DNA from: a virus
IMG/VR virus record: IMGVR_UViG_3300045988_081621
Strand: one strand, 5' to 3'
DNA length: 57,423 nucleotides
Shown here: positions 34,842-43,610 of the stretch, in pieces
How positions within the stretch are numbered: the first letter of the stretch is position 1
How the letters are laid out: each line of letters begins with the position of its first letter
The notes under the pieces: model-generated
What the model saw: only the letters and a program-made list of their open reading frames with translations
Databases searched by the model: none
What the model was told of the DNA's origin: nothing
Position numbers and translations under genes: made by a program

Positions 34842-35966
34842 TTATTCCTCGGTGTTAGACTGTACCTGTGTCTTTCCTGCACGTACAACAGTGCTTCCAG
34901 TTGCTTCAATTTCTACAATGGCAATTTCATCATTGTCTGTTGCAGTAATCTCTGCTGTACCATCCCAATCAGTATAATCAGTTACTGTAGCACCAATCTT
35001 TGGTAAATCTACTGTCTTGGCTGTCTTATACTTATAGGTATTAGTACCTGTCTTAGCAGGGCTTACGCTGATTTTAGTTTTTCCATTTGTAGAACCTTTA
35101 GATGATGTTACTACGATAACACCCTTTGGTGCGTAATAGAGAATAGTCTCTGGTGTAACACATTTAGTTCCATAATAGAAGAAAAGCTCAACAGCATATG
35201 CATTAGACATTGGAATCTTCTCTGCTGAATATGGGTTAGACATAATTGGCTGAGCTACTGAACCGTCAACCTGCACGATAAATTCTACATTCTCTGGCAT
35301 ATTGATTGTAGACATGAATCTAACACCATGAAATGTGGTAAACTCCTCTGCCGCTGTATTAACATTGGCGTTATTAACATTCTCATCCAGGTATTTTCTC
35401 ATCTGACTATATACAGCTGGTGTAACCTGAACTGATAACATATTTCTAGGAATACCCTGAATGTAATCATTCTTGAGTGTCTCAAGTGTTACGATTGCTT
35501 CCTCAATAATATCCTGGATAGCTGTTGTTCCTGATGATGGTGTAAACTGTGTACCTGAGTTCACACACTCACGGAAAAACTCCTCATCTAACTCATTAGC
35601 CATCTGCATTGCATGATTGGCACTTCTACGAGTGATGAGACCATCTACACCTAAAAGTGAGATATCTTTCTGCTCAATCTCTTCTACGAACTCCTTATCT
35701 CTATCAATAGGAATTGTTACTGTAGCTCCTTTTACTTTCTCTCCTTCTCCACCTCTACGTGCTGTGCCGTAGTCCTTAGATTTTGCATTTGCAAATCTCT
35801 TTGCTTCTACTGTTCCGGCAGTTGGGTCTCCAGATAAGTCCTGATTCTTAATCTGTCCTGAAATAGTAGATTTCTGTACATTCTCAAGTACTCCGTCATA
35901 TGCTTCATCTAAAAGCATTTTACCTTTTGGGTCAAGTAATACCGATAATGATTCAATTCTTGGCAT
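34842..35966 (-). CDS. Major capsid protein with C-terminal Ig-like domain
   Basis: 374 aa following the scaffold gene. The C-terminal ~90 aa are rich in T/S/K beta-strand pattern (KISVSPAKTGTNTYKYKTAKTV...). Confidence 0.75.
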   Translation of the reverse strand: MPRIESLSVLLDPKGKMLLDEAYDGVLENVQKSTISGQIKNQDLSGDPTAGTVEAKRFANAKSKDYGTARRGGEGEKVKGATVTIPIDRDKEFVEEIEQKDISLLGVDGLITRRSANHAMQMANELDEEFFRECVNSGTQFTPSSGTTAIQDIIEEAIVTLETLKNDYIQGIPRNMLSVQVTPAVYSQMRKYLDENVNNANVNTAAEEFTTFHGVRFMSTINMPENVEFIVQVDGSVAQPIMSNPYSAEKIPMSNAYAVELFFYYGTKCVTPETILYYAPKGVIVVTSSKGSTNGKTKISVSPAKTGTNTYKYKTAKTVDLPKIGATVTDYTDWDGTAEITATDNDEIAIVEIEATGSTVVRAGKTQVQSNTEE

Positions 35967-35987
35967 AAGTTTTCTCCTTCCTTATAA

Positions 35988-36629
35988 CTACCATATAATT
36001 GGTCTTTCTTTTGGTGTTGGTTCAGGCTTTGGGTCTGTGTTATCACTTGGATTTGTTTTACCACTAAAAGATGGTTTTGGTTCATCATTTTTAGGGCTTG
36101 GGTTCTCTGTGATAAATGCCCCAGCATCCTGCTCCTTGTATGCATTTACAAAATCATCAAATCCTAAGATTTTTCCATTTTCCATTGATAACTTTTTAGC
36201 TTTCAAGTCGGACATAAATGCCTTCTTTGCTGAGTTAGAAGAAAATTTAAGTTTAGATGAATTTTCTTTAACAGCAAAGTCATAAGCCTGTTCAGCTAAC
36301 TGATTCTCATAATCTGTCTTAGCAGTGTTATAAGTTGTCTGTAGAGTATTAAAATTAGCTTGTAAGGTGGCTAACTTCTCTGCATCTCCACCAGCCTCCT
36401 TCAGCTGTGTCTGTAAATTAATTAAGTCAGCATCTCTCTGAGCTATATCAGTATCATATTTTGTCTGAATAGTATCTCTCTCTGTCTCTGCTTTGCTTAG
36501 CTTAGTTCGTAAAGTATCAACCTCGCTCACTGTCTTGTAATTCTCCAAAACTTCCTTGTCAAAAGCTTCTTTCTTATCCTCAGGAATTTCAATTCCACAA
36601 GATTTAAGAATTTCGTAAATGTTTTTCAT
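35988..36629 (-). CDS. Scaffolding protein (GP20-like)
   Basis: 213 aa, coiled-coil. Sits between the MuF-like gene and the capsid gene. Confidence 0.7.
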   Translation of the reverse strand: MKNIYEILKSCGIEIPEDKKEAFDKEVLENYKTVSEVDTLRTKLSKAETERDTIQTKYDTDIAQRDADLINLQTQLKEAGGDAEKLATLQANFNTLQTTYNTAKTDYENQLAEQAYDFAVKENSSKLKFSSNSAKKAFMSDLKAKKLSMENGKILGFDDFVNAYKEQDAGAFITENPSPKNDEPKPSFSGKTNPSDNTDPKPEPTPKERPIIW

Positions 36630-36701
36630 GTTTTATTGCTCCTTTTCAACTAAAATAATTGTTATAGACCACTTTCTGGTCTGTGGTTTACTTCATATTG
36701 T

Positions 36702-36730
36702 ATTATACACAAGTTATCAACATTTGTAAA
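36702..36730 (-). promoter_or_regulatory. Sigma70-type promoter inside the head module, upstream of scaffold and capsid genes
   Basis: Minus strand TTTACA (36725-36730), 17 nt, TATAAT (36702-36707). The spacer and flanks are occupied by AGTTATnnACA iterons. Confidence 0.5.
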
Positions 36731-36817
36731 GTAGTTATTAACAAGTTATACACATAGTTATAAACAATTAATCAAACTAAAAAAGTTATCAACAGATTGT
36801 TGATAACTTGTTGATTA
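36703..36817. repeat. Array of eight DnaA-box-like iterons (consensus AGTTAT[A/C/T][A/C]ACA)
   Basis: Copies at 36703-11, 36714-22, 36735-43, 36746-54, 36758-66 and 36786-94 in direct orientation, and at 36798-806 and 36809-17 inverted. Two copies (ttatacaca) fit TTATNCACA exactly. Confidence 0.75.
36777..36809 (-). terminator. Intrinsic terminator after the MuF-like gene, built from two inverted iterons
   Basis: Perfect palindrome aagttatcaaca-gat-tgttgataactt (36783-36809), followed on the minus strand by TTTT. Confidence 0.6.
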
Positions 36818-37981
36818 TATGCTTAATTTAATTGACTTAGGTTTGACTTGCTTTCCTTTATATCCAGGCACATAAGTTCTATCCATTTTAGGAGATAGCC
36901 CAGCTTGTTGTGATATAGAATTATACTGTGACTGTAATTGATTTATATTATTTTTTATCTTCTCAGCCATTTCTGTATCACCCATTGTGTCTGCAAAGAT
37001 ATATTTATCTTTTTGCTTCCTAATTGCTGTCTCCATATTTCGCTGAGCTTGTGTAGCCTGATATTTTGTCATTTCTCTTCCATTAATATTTACCGGTTTT
37101 TCACTATTAGCTTTATACTGTTTAAGCGCCTTATCAGTATAAGTTGGTTTAGATACACCTAGTATTATTGGAAATGTGTAATGCTTACAATTACAAGTAG
37201 ATATATGACGCCTTAATTCTTCATTTCGCAATTCAAATTCTTTTTTGCTGAACTGCTTTCCCTGTATATCTATATGGTCTCTTGCACATAGGGCATGAGC
37301 TGATACTTCTACACCATCTGCACCAAATTCTTCTCCAGCTTTTTCTCTGATGCCATTATTAACTTGCCTAACCCCTTCTAATACATTCATTCTAACCGCA
37401 CTGTCCAATCTTCGTGTGAGCCCACTTGCATATGTTACTTTTAGTCCTTCATCTGCGTATCTCAGATTAGATTGGAGTGTGGAATCTGTTAATTGCTTCC
37501 GTATGATATTATTATAGGAATCTATACCATTTGTCACAGCATCAATAGCCACATCAACGAGGTTTCTATAAGGTTCAAATATAACAGTCGTGTTAGACAT
37601 ATTCATAAATGTGTTATGTGTTAGACTCTGTACACTTCTAATATAATTCATCATGTTTTGATTTTGCTTAAAAGGTACTTGTATTCTATTATGAGCAACA
37701 TATAGTTCATATGCATCTTTATATACGGATAGTCCGCTTAGTTCTAATACTTTATCAAGCTCATCCAATGTCTTTCCGGTTTCCTGTGCTAACAAATATT
37801 CAATGGAGTCAATATTTTGTTGCATCTTAGACATTTGCTGTAATCTAAATAGATTGGAAGGAGATAGTTTTCCTATCTCCTTTATCTGTTTTGCCATGAG
37901 CTTGATATAATGAGTATTTATAGCATCAAATCGAGCTGATACTATATAAGCATAATCTGTTAAATCTGCTTCACTAATCAT
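36815..37981 (-). CDS. Head morphogenesis / minor capsid protein (MuF / SPP1 gp7-like)
   Basis: 388 aa immediately after the portal gene. Contains the CNCKH motif typical of MuF-like proteins. Confidence 0.6.
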   Translation of the reverse strand: MISEADLTDYAYIVSARFDAINTHYIKLMAKQIKEIGKLSPSNLFRLQQMSKMQQNIDSIEYLLAQETGKTLDELDKVLELSGLSVYKDAYELYVAHNRIQVPFKQNQNMMNYIRSVQSLTHNTFMNMSNTTVIFEPYRNLVDVAIDAVTNGIDSYNNIIRKQLTDSTLQSNLRYADEGLKVTYASGLTRRLDSAVRMNVLEGVRQVNNGIREKAGEEFGADGVEVSAHALCARDHIDIQGKQFSKKEFELRNEELRRHISTCNCKHYTFPIILGVSKPTYTDKALKQYKANSEKPVNINGREMTKYQATQAQRNMETAIRKQKDKYIFADTMGDTEMAEKIKNNINQLQSQYNSISQQAGLSPKMDRTYVPGYKGKQVKPKSIKLSI

Positions 37982-39561
37982 TAGCTGTTATCTCCTTCAT
38001 TCTGTGTAGGTTCGTTATTATTATTTTGATTATTCTCTAAAGTAGCTTCAGGTACTTGAGTGAATAAATCATTTAATTGCTGTTGCTGTTGTGCTTGTTG
38101 CATTTTATCTATAGCTAATTGAGCAGTTGTTATAGATTCACCAGTATACCACGCTCTTACTTCTGCTTTGCTTAGAATACCTGCTTGTTCCATTGTTAGT
38201 TTCTGCTCAAGCTCTGTATCTGTATCAGTAAGTATACTATCCTTCCAATCAATTTTGGTCTCATAATCCCCATCTGCGAAAAGCCCATATAAATCAACAA
38301 ATACATTCATAGCACTGACTGTATCTAAGATAGCACTCTCCAATGCTTCCTGCATTGCAGTAACAGTGATGTAAGTTCTTTGCTTCATTAGTTTGATTTC
38401 TGTAGCTGTCTTAGCATCACTATTTGGGTCTGATATAGTACCTCTTGCAAGTCCTATAACATCCTCAATTATACATTTATAATTATTAAGTCCTTGAATA
38501 TAATTATTATCTCTCAAAGATGGAGCCCACTGATTATATGTCTCATCTGAACCTAAATCCAATTTTCTATATAGTCTATTCTTACATTGGTCTAGCTCCA
38601 TTTGTGTGCCATAATAATTAGTGGAATATGTAACAGCAGTAGGGTCTACATCAACTGCAAGCTGTCCACCCTCATATTCCCAGTCAAGTCTTGAAAACTG
38701 ATTATCTGCTCTTTCTATAATTCCTACTGCAGGACTAAATAATGATATACCTAATGGGCTGTCAAAATCTATATTATTTGCAATAGGCACTTTAAAAAAT
38801 CCATATAATGGCTTATCTACGTTTTCAATAGTAACCGGTTCTTGTGAGATTGTAGTCCATCTATCTACATCAGCTAATGGGATTTCCTTACCTAACTCTT
38901 GCTCTTCATTATCATCTGACTGTACCAATTTAGCTTTAAATGCTTTATTTTCAATAACAATCTTATTTTCTGTCTGAGAAAATGTCTGTCTCTCTACCTT
39001 TGTATACACATATTCGCCGGAAACAAATTGGTCATAAAATGCTATATCTGTGATATTTCCATCATCATCAAAAGCTATAGGTAAGAAATCGCCTTGGAAA
39101 CTAAAATCAAAGTAGATTTTATTGTTTGATATATAAGGCTTTATAATCATACCACCTAATGCAAGAGCTTTTTCTACAGCTTGAGGTAATTTTTTAATAA
39201 GCTTCTTTTTATAAGCATCATTTAAAAATTGTGCTCGTGTTGTTATTTCATCAGGTTGATTAGATTTATCCTCGTCTATATCTTCATCCATCCCAGGGTC
39301 AGTTATTCTTGTTTCCAATTCGGATAACATCTGCTGTTGAAAAGAATTACATATCTGCTTAGCTAACCCTAATGAATATATACCTTTATCTTCATCAAGC
39401 CAAGGACTTTGGTCTTTATACATTTGCTTCCATAACGTGAAAGCATCTGACATAGAAATAGATACAGTTGTTTCTTCTATGTCTATTGCTTTAGTGATTG
39501 AAGTGTATCCTAACATCTTGTCGATCGCCTGTTGTATTAATCGCAGTAATTTTTTTATCAT
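37981..39561 (-). CDS. Portal protein
   Basis: 526 aa. Position is after the terminase genes. Q-rich acidic C-terminus. Confidence 0.7.
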   Translation of the reverse strand: MIKKLLRLIQQAIDKMLGYTSITKAIDIEETTVSISMSDAFTLWKQMYKDQSPWLDEDKGIYSLGLAKQICNSFQQQMLSELETRITDPGMDEDIDEDKSNQPDEITTRAQFLNDAYKKKLIKKLPQAVEKALALGGMIIKPYISNNKIYFDFSFQGDFLPIAFDDDGNITDIAFYDQFVSGEYVYTKVERQTFSQTENKIVIENKAFKAKLVQSDDNEEQELGKEIPLADVDRWTTISQEPVTIENVDKPLYGFFKVPIANNIDFDSPLGISLFSPAVGIIERADNQFSRLDWEYEGGQLAVDVDPTAVTYSTNYYGTQMELDQCKNRLYRKLDLGSDETYNQWAPSLRDNNYIQGLNNYKCIIEDVIGLARGTISDPNSDAKTATEIKLMKQRTYITVTAMQEALESAILDTVSAMNVFVDLYGLFADGDYETKIDWKDSILTDTDTELEQKLTMEQAGILSKAEVRAWYTGESITTAQLAIDKMQQAQQQQQLNDLFTQVPEATLENNQNNNNEPTQNEGDNS

Positions 39562-39893
39562 TTTTCTACCTCCTCATTTTTAAATAAGCTTGATAATTTT
39601 GGAAATTGTGATGCTATAAACTCTACAATCGTTTCATTATATGCATAATCAGTTAATCCAGCTTCATAAAAAAATGCATGTACTAATTCATGTCTTAGAA
39701 CTTGTTTATAGTATATGTGCTTATGATTAGTGCAGTCATCACCAGGTAGCATATCTAAAGGATATTTTATTTTAATTACTTTATCAATAAAATTTGTTTC
39801 TCCGTCTAATGATTTTGTTGCTAAATCTGTACTAATCTCCTCACTTGATTCAATTCTATATACTGTGCCTAGTATATCTATTGTCGTTTCCAT
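39558..39893 (-). CDS. Small HExxH metallopeptidase-like protein
   Basis: 111 aa counted from the ATG at 39893 (AAGGAG 7 nt upstream). Contains the motif LRHELVHAFFYEAG. Confidence 0.5.
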   Translation of the reverse strand: METTIDILGTVYRIESSEEISTDLATKSLDGETNFIDKVIKIKYPLDMLPGDDCTNHKHIYYKQVLRHELVHAFFYEAGLTDYAYNETIVEFIASQFPKLSSLFKNEEVEK

Positions 39894-39974
39894 TTTTGTG
39901 CTCCTTTCATATTTAATAATATTCATTATTATAATTATAAATGTTGATAATTAATAACACAATAAAAAATTGTA

Positions 39975-41234
39975 TTATCTGCCTCGTCTCTTCCATACTT
40001 GCTCCATAGCATATCTTGTCATATCTATACTGTGATTATCTTTATCCGGATAATTAGAAGTTGGATTTCCATCTTTATCCAATTCATACTCATACTTCTT
40101 AAATTCCTCAGAAGTGTTAGGACATCGTATAGGGTCTATAACAATCTTAATTAATGACTGTAACCACTTCATTCCATATCTTACGCTATCTGGTCCTTTT
40201 TCTGCCGCTCGTGCATTAATTCCATAGCTTCTATAATCTGCCACTGACTTCTGCTCGGCACTATCACAAGTCACCACATCAAATCTGCCTAAATGGAAAT
40301 CATCTAATAACACTTGAGCAGTATCTTTATTCTTCATCTTGTTAGCTCTAAATTCTTCAAAGATATATAAAGTCATTCTTGCACTATCATAATACATACA
40401 ACCATAATGGAATGGGTCAGGATACCAACCCCAGTCAACACCCCTATATAATTTATCCCATTTAGCAATTTCTTTATCTGTAATTTTTCTAATCTCAAGA
40501 TTATCAAATACCTCAGTTCCGTTTCCGACTGGTATTCCTAAGTACTCATGCTCATATGCTTTGGGATTTACTTGCTTGAGCCATTCAGCATCATCTATAA
40601 ACTGTTGTCCTAGCCATTCAGGTGGGGCTTGTAAATATGTTGTATGAGATACGACAGTATCAGGTCTTAGTTTTTCTTTCTCTATATAATCATTAGCCCA
40701 GTTCTGTCTTGACTTAGGTGGGTTCATAGATTTGAATACTATAAAGTCATTACCACCTCTGATAACAGACTGTTGAACTTTTCTTATTTCTTCTTCGCCT
40801 GCAAACTCATCAAACTCCTCAAACCACAGATAACCTATATATCCAAAAGGCACTTTGATAGATTTAGACTTTGCCGCTTTATCCAATCCCTTAAATATAA
40901 TTCTCTGTCCGGTTCGTAGATATTCCGCTCTCATTGGAGATTTAGTGAGCTTCCAATCACTTGCTACACCTAATTTATCAATAGCCCATTCAATTTGTGC
41001 ATATACAGAAGTCTCTAATGTATCTCCTACTTTTCTATACACGGCAGCATGCTTCGCGGCATTTTCCTTTTTCATCATATTAAAGACTATTTCTATAGAT
41101 ACATCTGAGGACTTCAAAGAACCTCGTCCACCGGTCAAGTCATAATATGTATGTTTATGTTTTTTTATATCATTGTGAATATCATAGAAAGCTGGACCTA
41201 TGCAATTAATAAGTGATGTCTTTTTACTCTTCAT
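39975..41234 (-). CDS. terL: Terminase large subunit
   Basis: 419 aa. Walker A-like GGRGSLKSS, Walker B LWFEEFDEF, nuclease-domain GVDWG. Overlaps terS. Confidence 0.85.
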   Translation of the reverse strand: MKSKKTSLINCIGPAFYDIHNDIKKHKHTYYDLTGGRGSLKSSDVSIEIVFNMMKKENAAKHAAVYRKVGDTLETSVYAQIEWAIDKLGVASDWKLTKSPMRAEYLRTGQRIIFKGLDKAAKSKSIKVPFGYIGYLWFEEFDEFAGEEEIRKVQQSVIRGGNDFIVFKSMNPPKSRQNWANDYIEKEKLRPDTVVSHTTYLQAPPEWLGQQFIDDAEWLKQVNPKAYEHEYLGIPVGNGTEVFDNLEIRKITDKEIAKWDKLYRGVDWGWYPDPFHYGCMYYDSARMTLYIFEEFRANKMKNKDTAQVLLDDFHLGRFDVVTCDSAEQKSVADYRSYGINARAAEKGPDSVRYGMKWLQSLIKIVIDPIRCPNTSEEFKKYEYELDKDGNPTSNYPDKDNHSIDMTRYAMEQVWKRRGR

Positions 41235-41673
41235 TATCTTCCTCTTCTAACTCAACATCATCCGGAATATCATCAACTATAAGCACTCTCGCATCCACAT
41301 TAATATTCTTCGATTGTACATCTAATCTACGTGCCAGCTCAGAGGCGGCTCGTGTTCTATCCTGTACAGATACATCCATATCAAACTGGTCTTTCTGCTC
41401 CCCTCTCATAACAGAAGTAAGATATTCCATAACCTCTTGGAGGTCTGCAATTCTACACGATTGCAACCTTTCATTTATAGCGTTGATGTATCTCCTGACA
41501 TTATTTTGTTTTAACAATCTACATCCATGTGCGGCGGCTGTCTTTACACTATATCCTGCACTTATTGCTGATTGTGTTATATTATTTGTTTTCATATATT
41601 CTTGTACAAATACTATTTGTCTATTGTTTAATAACTTCTTTGCTTCTACTTCTTTATCTGTTTCTTTAGTCAT
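41224..41673 (-). CDS. terS: Terminase small subunit
   Basis: 149 aa. RQIVFVQEYMKTNNITQSAISAGYSVKTAAAHGCRLL matches the Terminase_2-type HTH signature. Confidence 0.8.
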   Translation of the reverse strand: MTKETDKEVEAKKLLNNRQIVFVQEYMKTNNITQSAISAGYSVKTAAAHGCRLLKQNNVRRYINAINERLQSCRIADLQEVMEYLTSVMRGEQKDQFDMDVSVQDRTRAASELARRLDVQSKNINVDARVLIVDDIPDDVELEEEDNEE

Positions 41674-41887
41674 TATCTTTCACCTCATCCCATAGATTTT
41701 TCAATGTTTTTATCACTTTTATTTGTGATGCTGTTTTAATTAATTCTTCTTTTCCCTTTTTTACTTTATACATTTTTATATATCTATTTTGCTCTTGAGA
41801 ATAGAATTGATATGTATTTATACATACTATTATATTCTTTGATTTTAGAGCTGTTTGTAATTTATACATTAACTCCCTAGTATTCAT
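41666..41887 (-). CDS. Hypothetical protein, first gene of the late unit
   Basis: 73-aa ORF with AAGGAGG upstream. Confidence 0.55.
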   Translation of the reverse strand: MNTRELMYKLQTALKSKNIIVCINTYQFYSQEQNRYIKMYKVKKGKEELIKTASQIKVIKTLKNLWDEVKDND

Positions 41888-41971
41888 TATCCCGCCTCCT
41901 TTTTTATGATTTTTAATATATAATGTATTATATTTGTTAATTATTATAATATGTTTTGTTAAGGTTGTAAA

Positions 41972-42005
41972 TAAAAAGTAGGTGGTATATTTCTATACCG
42001 CCTAC
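41972..42005 (-). terminator. Intrinsic terminator separating the early operon from the late unit
   Basis: Arms gtaggtggtata (41978-41989) and tataccgcctac (41994-42005) with one G:U pair, followed on the minus strand by TTTTT. Confidence 0.65.
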
Positions 42006-42064
42006 TTGATGCACTTTGATTTGTAATATGGATTTTATATGTTAAATTAATGGAGAAGTATTAT

Positions 42065-42226
42065 CTAACCATGTTGACCACCCCCTTTATCTAATATATG
42101 CACTCTTGTCTTATCTACAGTCAGCTCAACAAATCCATCTCTTATCTTATACCTAAAAGTACATTTATTGTCCGTCTCTGTATATGCATATACTGTTAAT
42201 GCGATATTATCCAATATAATTTGCAT
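42065..42226 (-). CDS. Small hypothetical protein (53 aa)
   Basis: ATG at 42226 with GGAGG upstream. Translates MQIILDNIALTVYAY.... Confidence 0.4.
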   Translation of the reverse strand: MQIILDNIALTVYAYTETDNKCTFRYKIRDGFVELTVDKTRVHILDKGGGQHG

Positions 42227-42282
42227 ATATGTTACCGCCTCCTTTTTATTTATTATAACACGATAACAAAATATTTTATATA

Positions 42283-42837
42283 CTAATCTATACTGAAATA
42301 ATGATTCTTATAATGGAACTTAGGTGTTCCAAATGAATGATAATGAGACATTCTAAATGCTGTTATCTCATTGTCAAGCTGACTTTCAAGTTCTGTATTT
42401 ATAGCTTTATATGTTTCTTCTGTCGGTGTAACATCATATATTCTTCCATTACTTACCACTTCAAATTGATGTTTCTGCATTATAACATCTTTTACAGTGT
42501 TTGGATATTTATCTGAATCTACTCTATTTAGTATTACATCAACTACATATTGTTTTCCAGTAAATCCTTCTGTTCCAGCTTCCGCCTCCACACATTTTGC
42601 AAATAACTCATATTCATCATTGTCCATCCAATAACTAGGATGAACTTCACAAGATTGAACTATATCTGTATCATTCTCTTCTACGTCCGGTTTAGCTGTT
42701 GCTACTACCGTAACTTGTTTATTAGTCTCATTGTTTTCTGCATATAAATCATCCTGTGCTGATTTTACTGTTGTAATAAAGAGTATCCATACAATTATAA
42801 GAATACTCACACTTATTATATTACGTTTCTTTGTCAT
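42283..42837 (-). CDS. Membrane-anchored cell-wall hydrolase (SleB/CwlJ, Hydrolase_2-like)
   Basis: 184 aa with an N-terminal TM. Contains CVEAEAGTEGFTGKQYVVDVILNRV...TVKDVIMQKHQF, typical of the SleB-type domain. Confidence 0.65.
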   Translation of the reverse strand: MTKKRNIISVSILIIVWILFITTVKSAQDDLYAENNETNKQVTVVATAKPDVEENDTDIVQSCEVHPSYWMDNDEYELFAKCVEAEAGTEGFTGKQYVVDVILNRVDSDKYPNTVKDVIMQKHQFEVVSNGRIYDVTPTEETYKAINTELESQLDNEITAFRMSHYHSFGTPKFHYKNHYFSID

Positions 42838-42979
42838 TATTTTCCTCCCATAATCGTTTATGATTATTTTCTTTTTGCCATTTTCTCCAGCATGTTATTC
42901 CCATACCTCTATTAATAGCTTCTTCTGTTCTTAACTTTCTTCCGCATCTTTTGCAAGATGTTTGCTTTGCTTCATTCAT
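42821..42979 (-). CDS. Small zinc-ribbon protein (DUF6011-like)
   Basis: 52 aa. CKRCGRKLRTEEAINRGMGITC matches the CxxCGR...GxGxxC pattern. Confidence 0.4.
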   Translation of the reverse strand: MNEAKQTSCKRCGRKLRTEEAINRGMGITCWRKWQKENNHKRLWEENNDKET

Positions 42980-43077
42980 TAGATTTCTCCTTATATGGGC
43001 TTGATATACAAGTCAAATAAAATATGCATTTTGAAGTGCAATTATATTCTTTATCATAAGCACACTTACGGTCGGTG

Positions 43078-43266
43078 TTAGATATCGTTCTTGTGTTCAT
43101 ATTTCTCCCTCAACTCTCGTAAATATTCTAATTGTTCCTTATCTTCCTTCTCCCTCTCCTGTTTATTTACCAGAGAAAGTAAAATTAATAAAATAACCAT
43201 CAATGCTGATATTACTAATAGTATCAGTAATAATACTAATATAACTAATATAAACCAGGTATTCAT
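43078..43266 (-). CDS. Small membrane protein
   Basis: 62 aa with a Leu/Ile/Val-rich TM followed by a charged tail. Confidence 0.45.
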   Translation of the reverse strand: MNTWFILVILVLLLILLVISALMVILLILLSLVNKQEREKEDKEQLEYLRELREKYEHKNDI

Positions 43267-43336
43267 TTTTCACCTTCTTTCTTTAGTGTTTTAAGTGTTA
43301 TCGCTTCACATTGTCCACCTTTTAATCTCCTGTTTA

Positions 43337-43510
43337 TTAATATAAACTTACAATACCATCTTCAGAAAGCATTATGCCTAAAGGAATAAGTTTATTATGA
43401 CATTCTTCAAATGTTATATCTTCCATAAATCCTGCCATTAAAATGTTTTTTACTTCACTTGTATATCTCTCACTATTTTTTACTTCTTTTTTAATTTCTG
43501 TTAATTTCAT
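43337..43510 (-). CDS. Small hypothetical protein (57 aa), first ORF after promoter copy 6
   Basis: ATG at 43510 with GAGGT upstream. Translates MKLTEIKKEVKNSERY.... Confidence 0.4.
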   Translation of the reverse strand: MKLTEIKKEVKNSERYTSEVKNILMAGFMEDITFEECHNKLIPLGIMLSEDGIVSLY

Positions 43511-43551
43511 TTTTATTACCTCGTTGTTTTTATGTATTTCTTATTTACAAG

Positions 43552-43610
43552 TATATTGTAATACATAAAACTATATTTGTCAACACTTTTTTATAAAAAT
43601 ACATAAAAAT
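43552..43610 (-). promoter_or_regulatory. Early-promoter cassette, copy 6
   Basis: TTGACA (43578-43583), 17 nt, TACAAT (43555-43560). The leader sequence is shared with copy 7. Confidence 0.7.

Noticed and set aside
41213-41695. 160-aa plus-strand ORF, the longest on the plus strand, together with all other plus-strand track ORFs
   Set aside because: - It lies entirely antisense to terS and terL.
- The translation is Ser/Leu/Phe-rich and low-complexity, typical of the reverse frame of an AT-rich gene.
- No RBS is present.
- Every plus-strand ORF in the track is likewise embedded antisense in a well-supported minus-strand gene.
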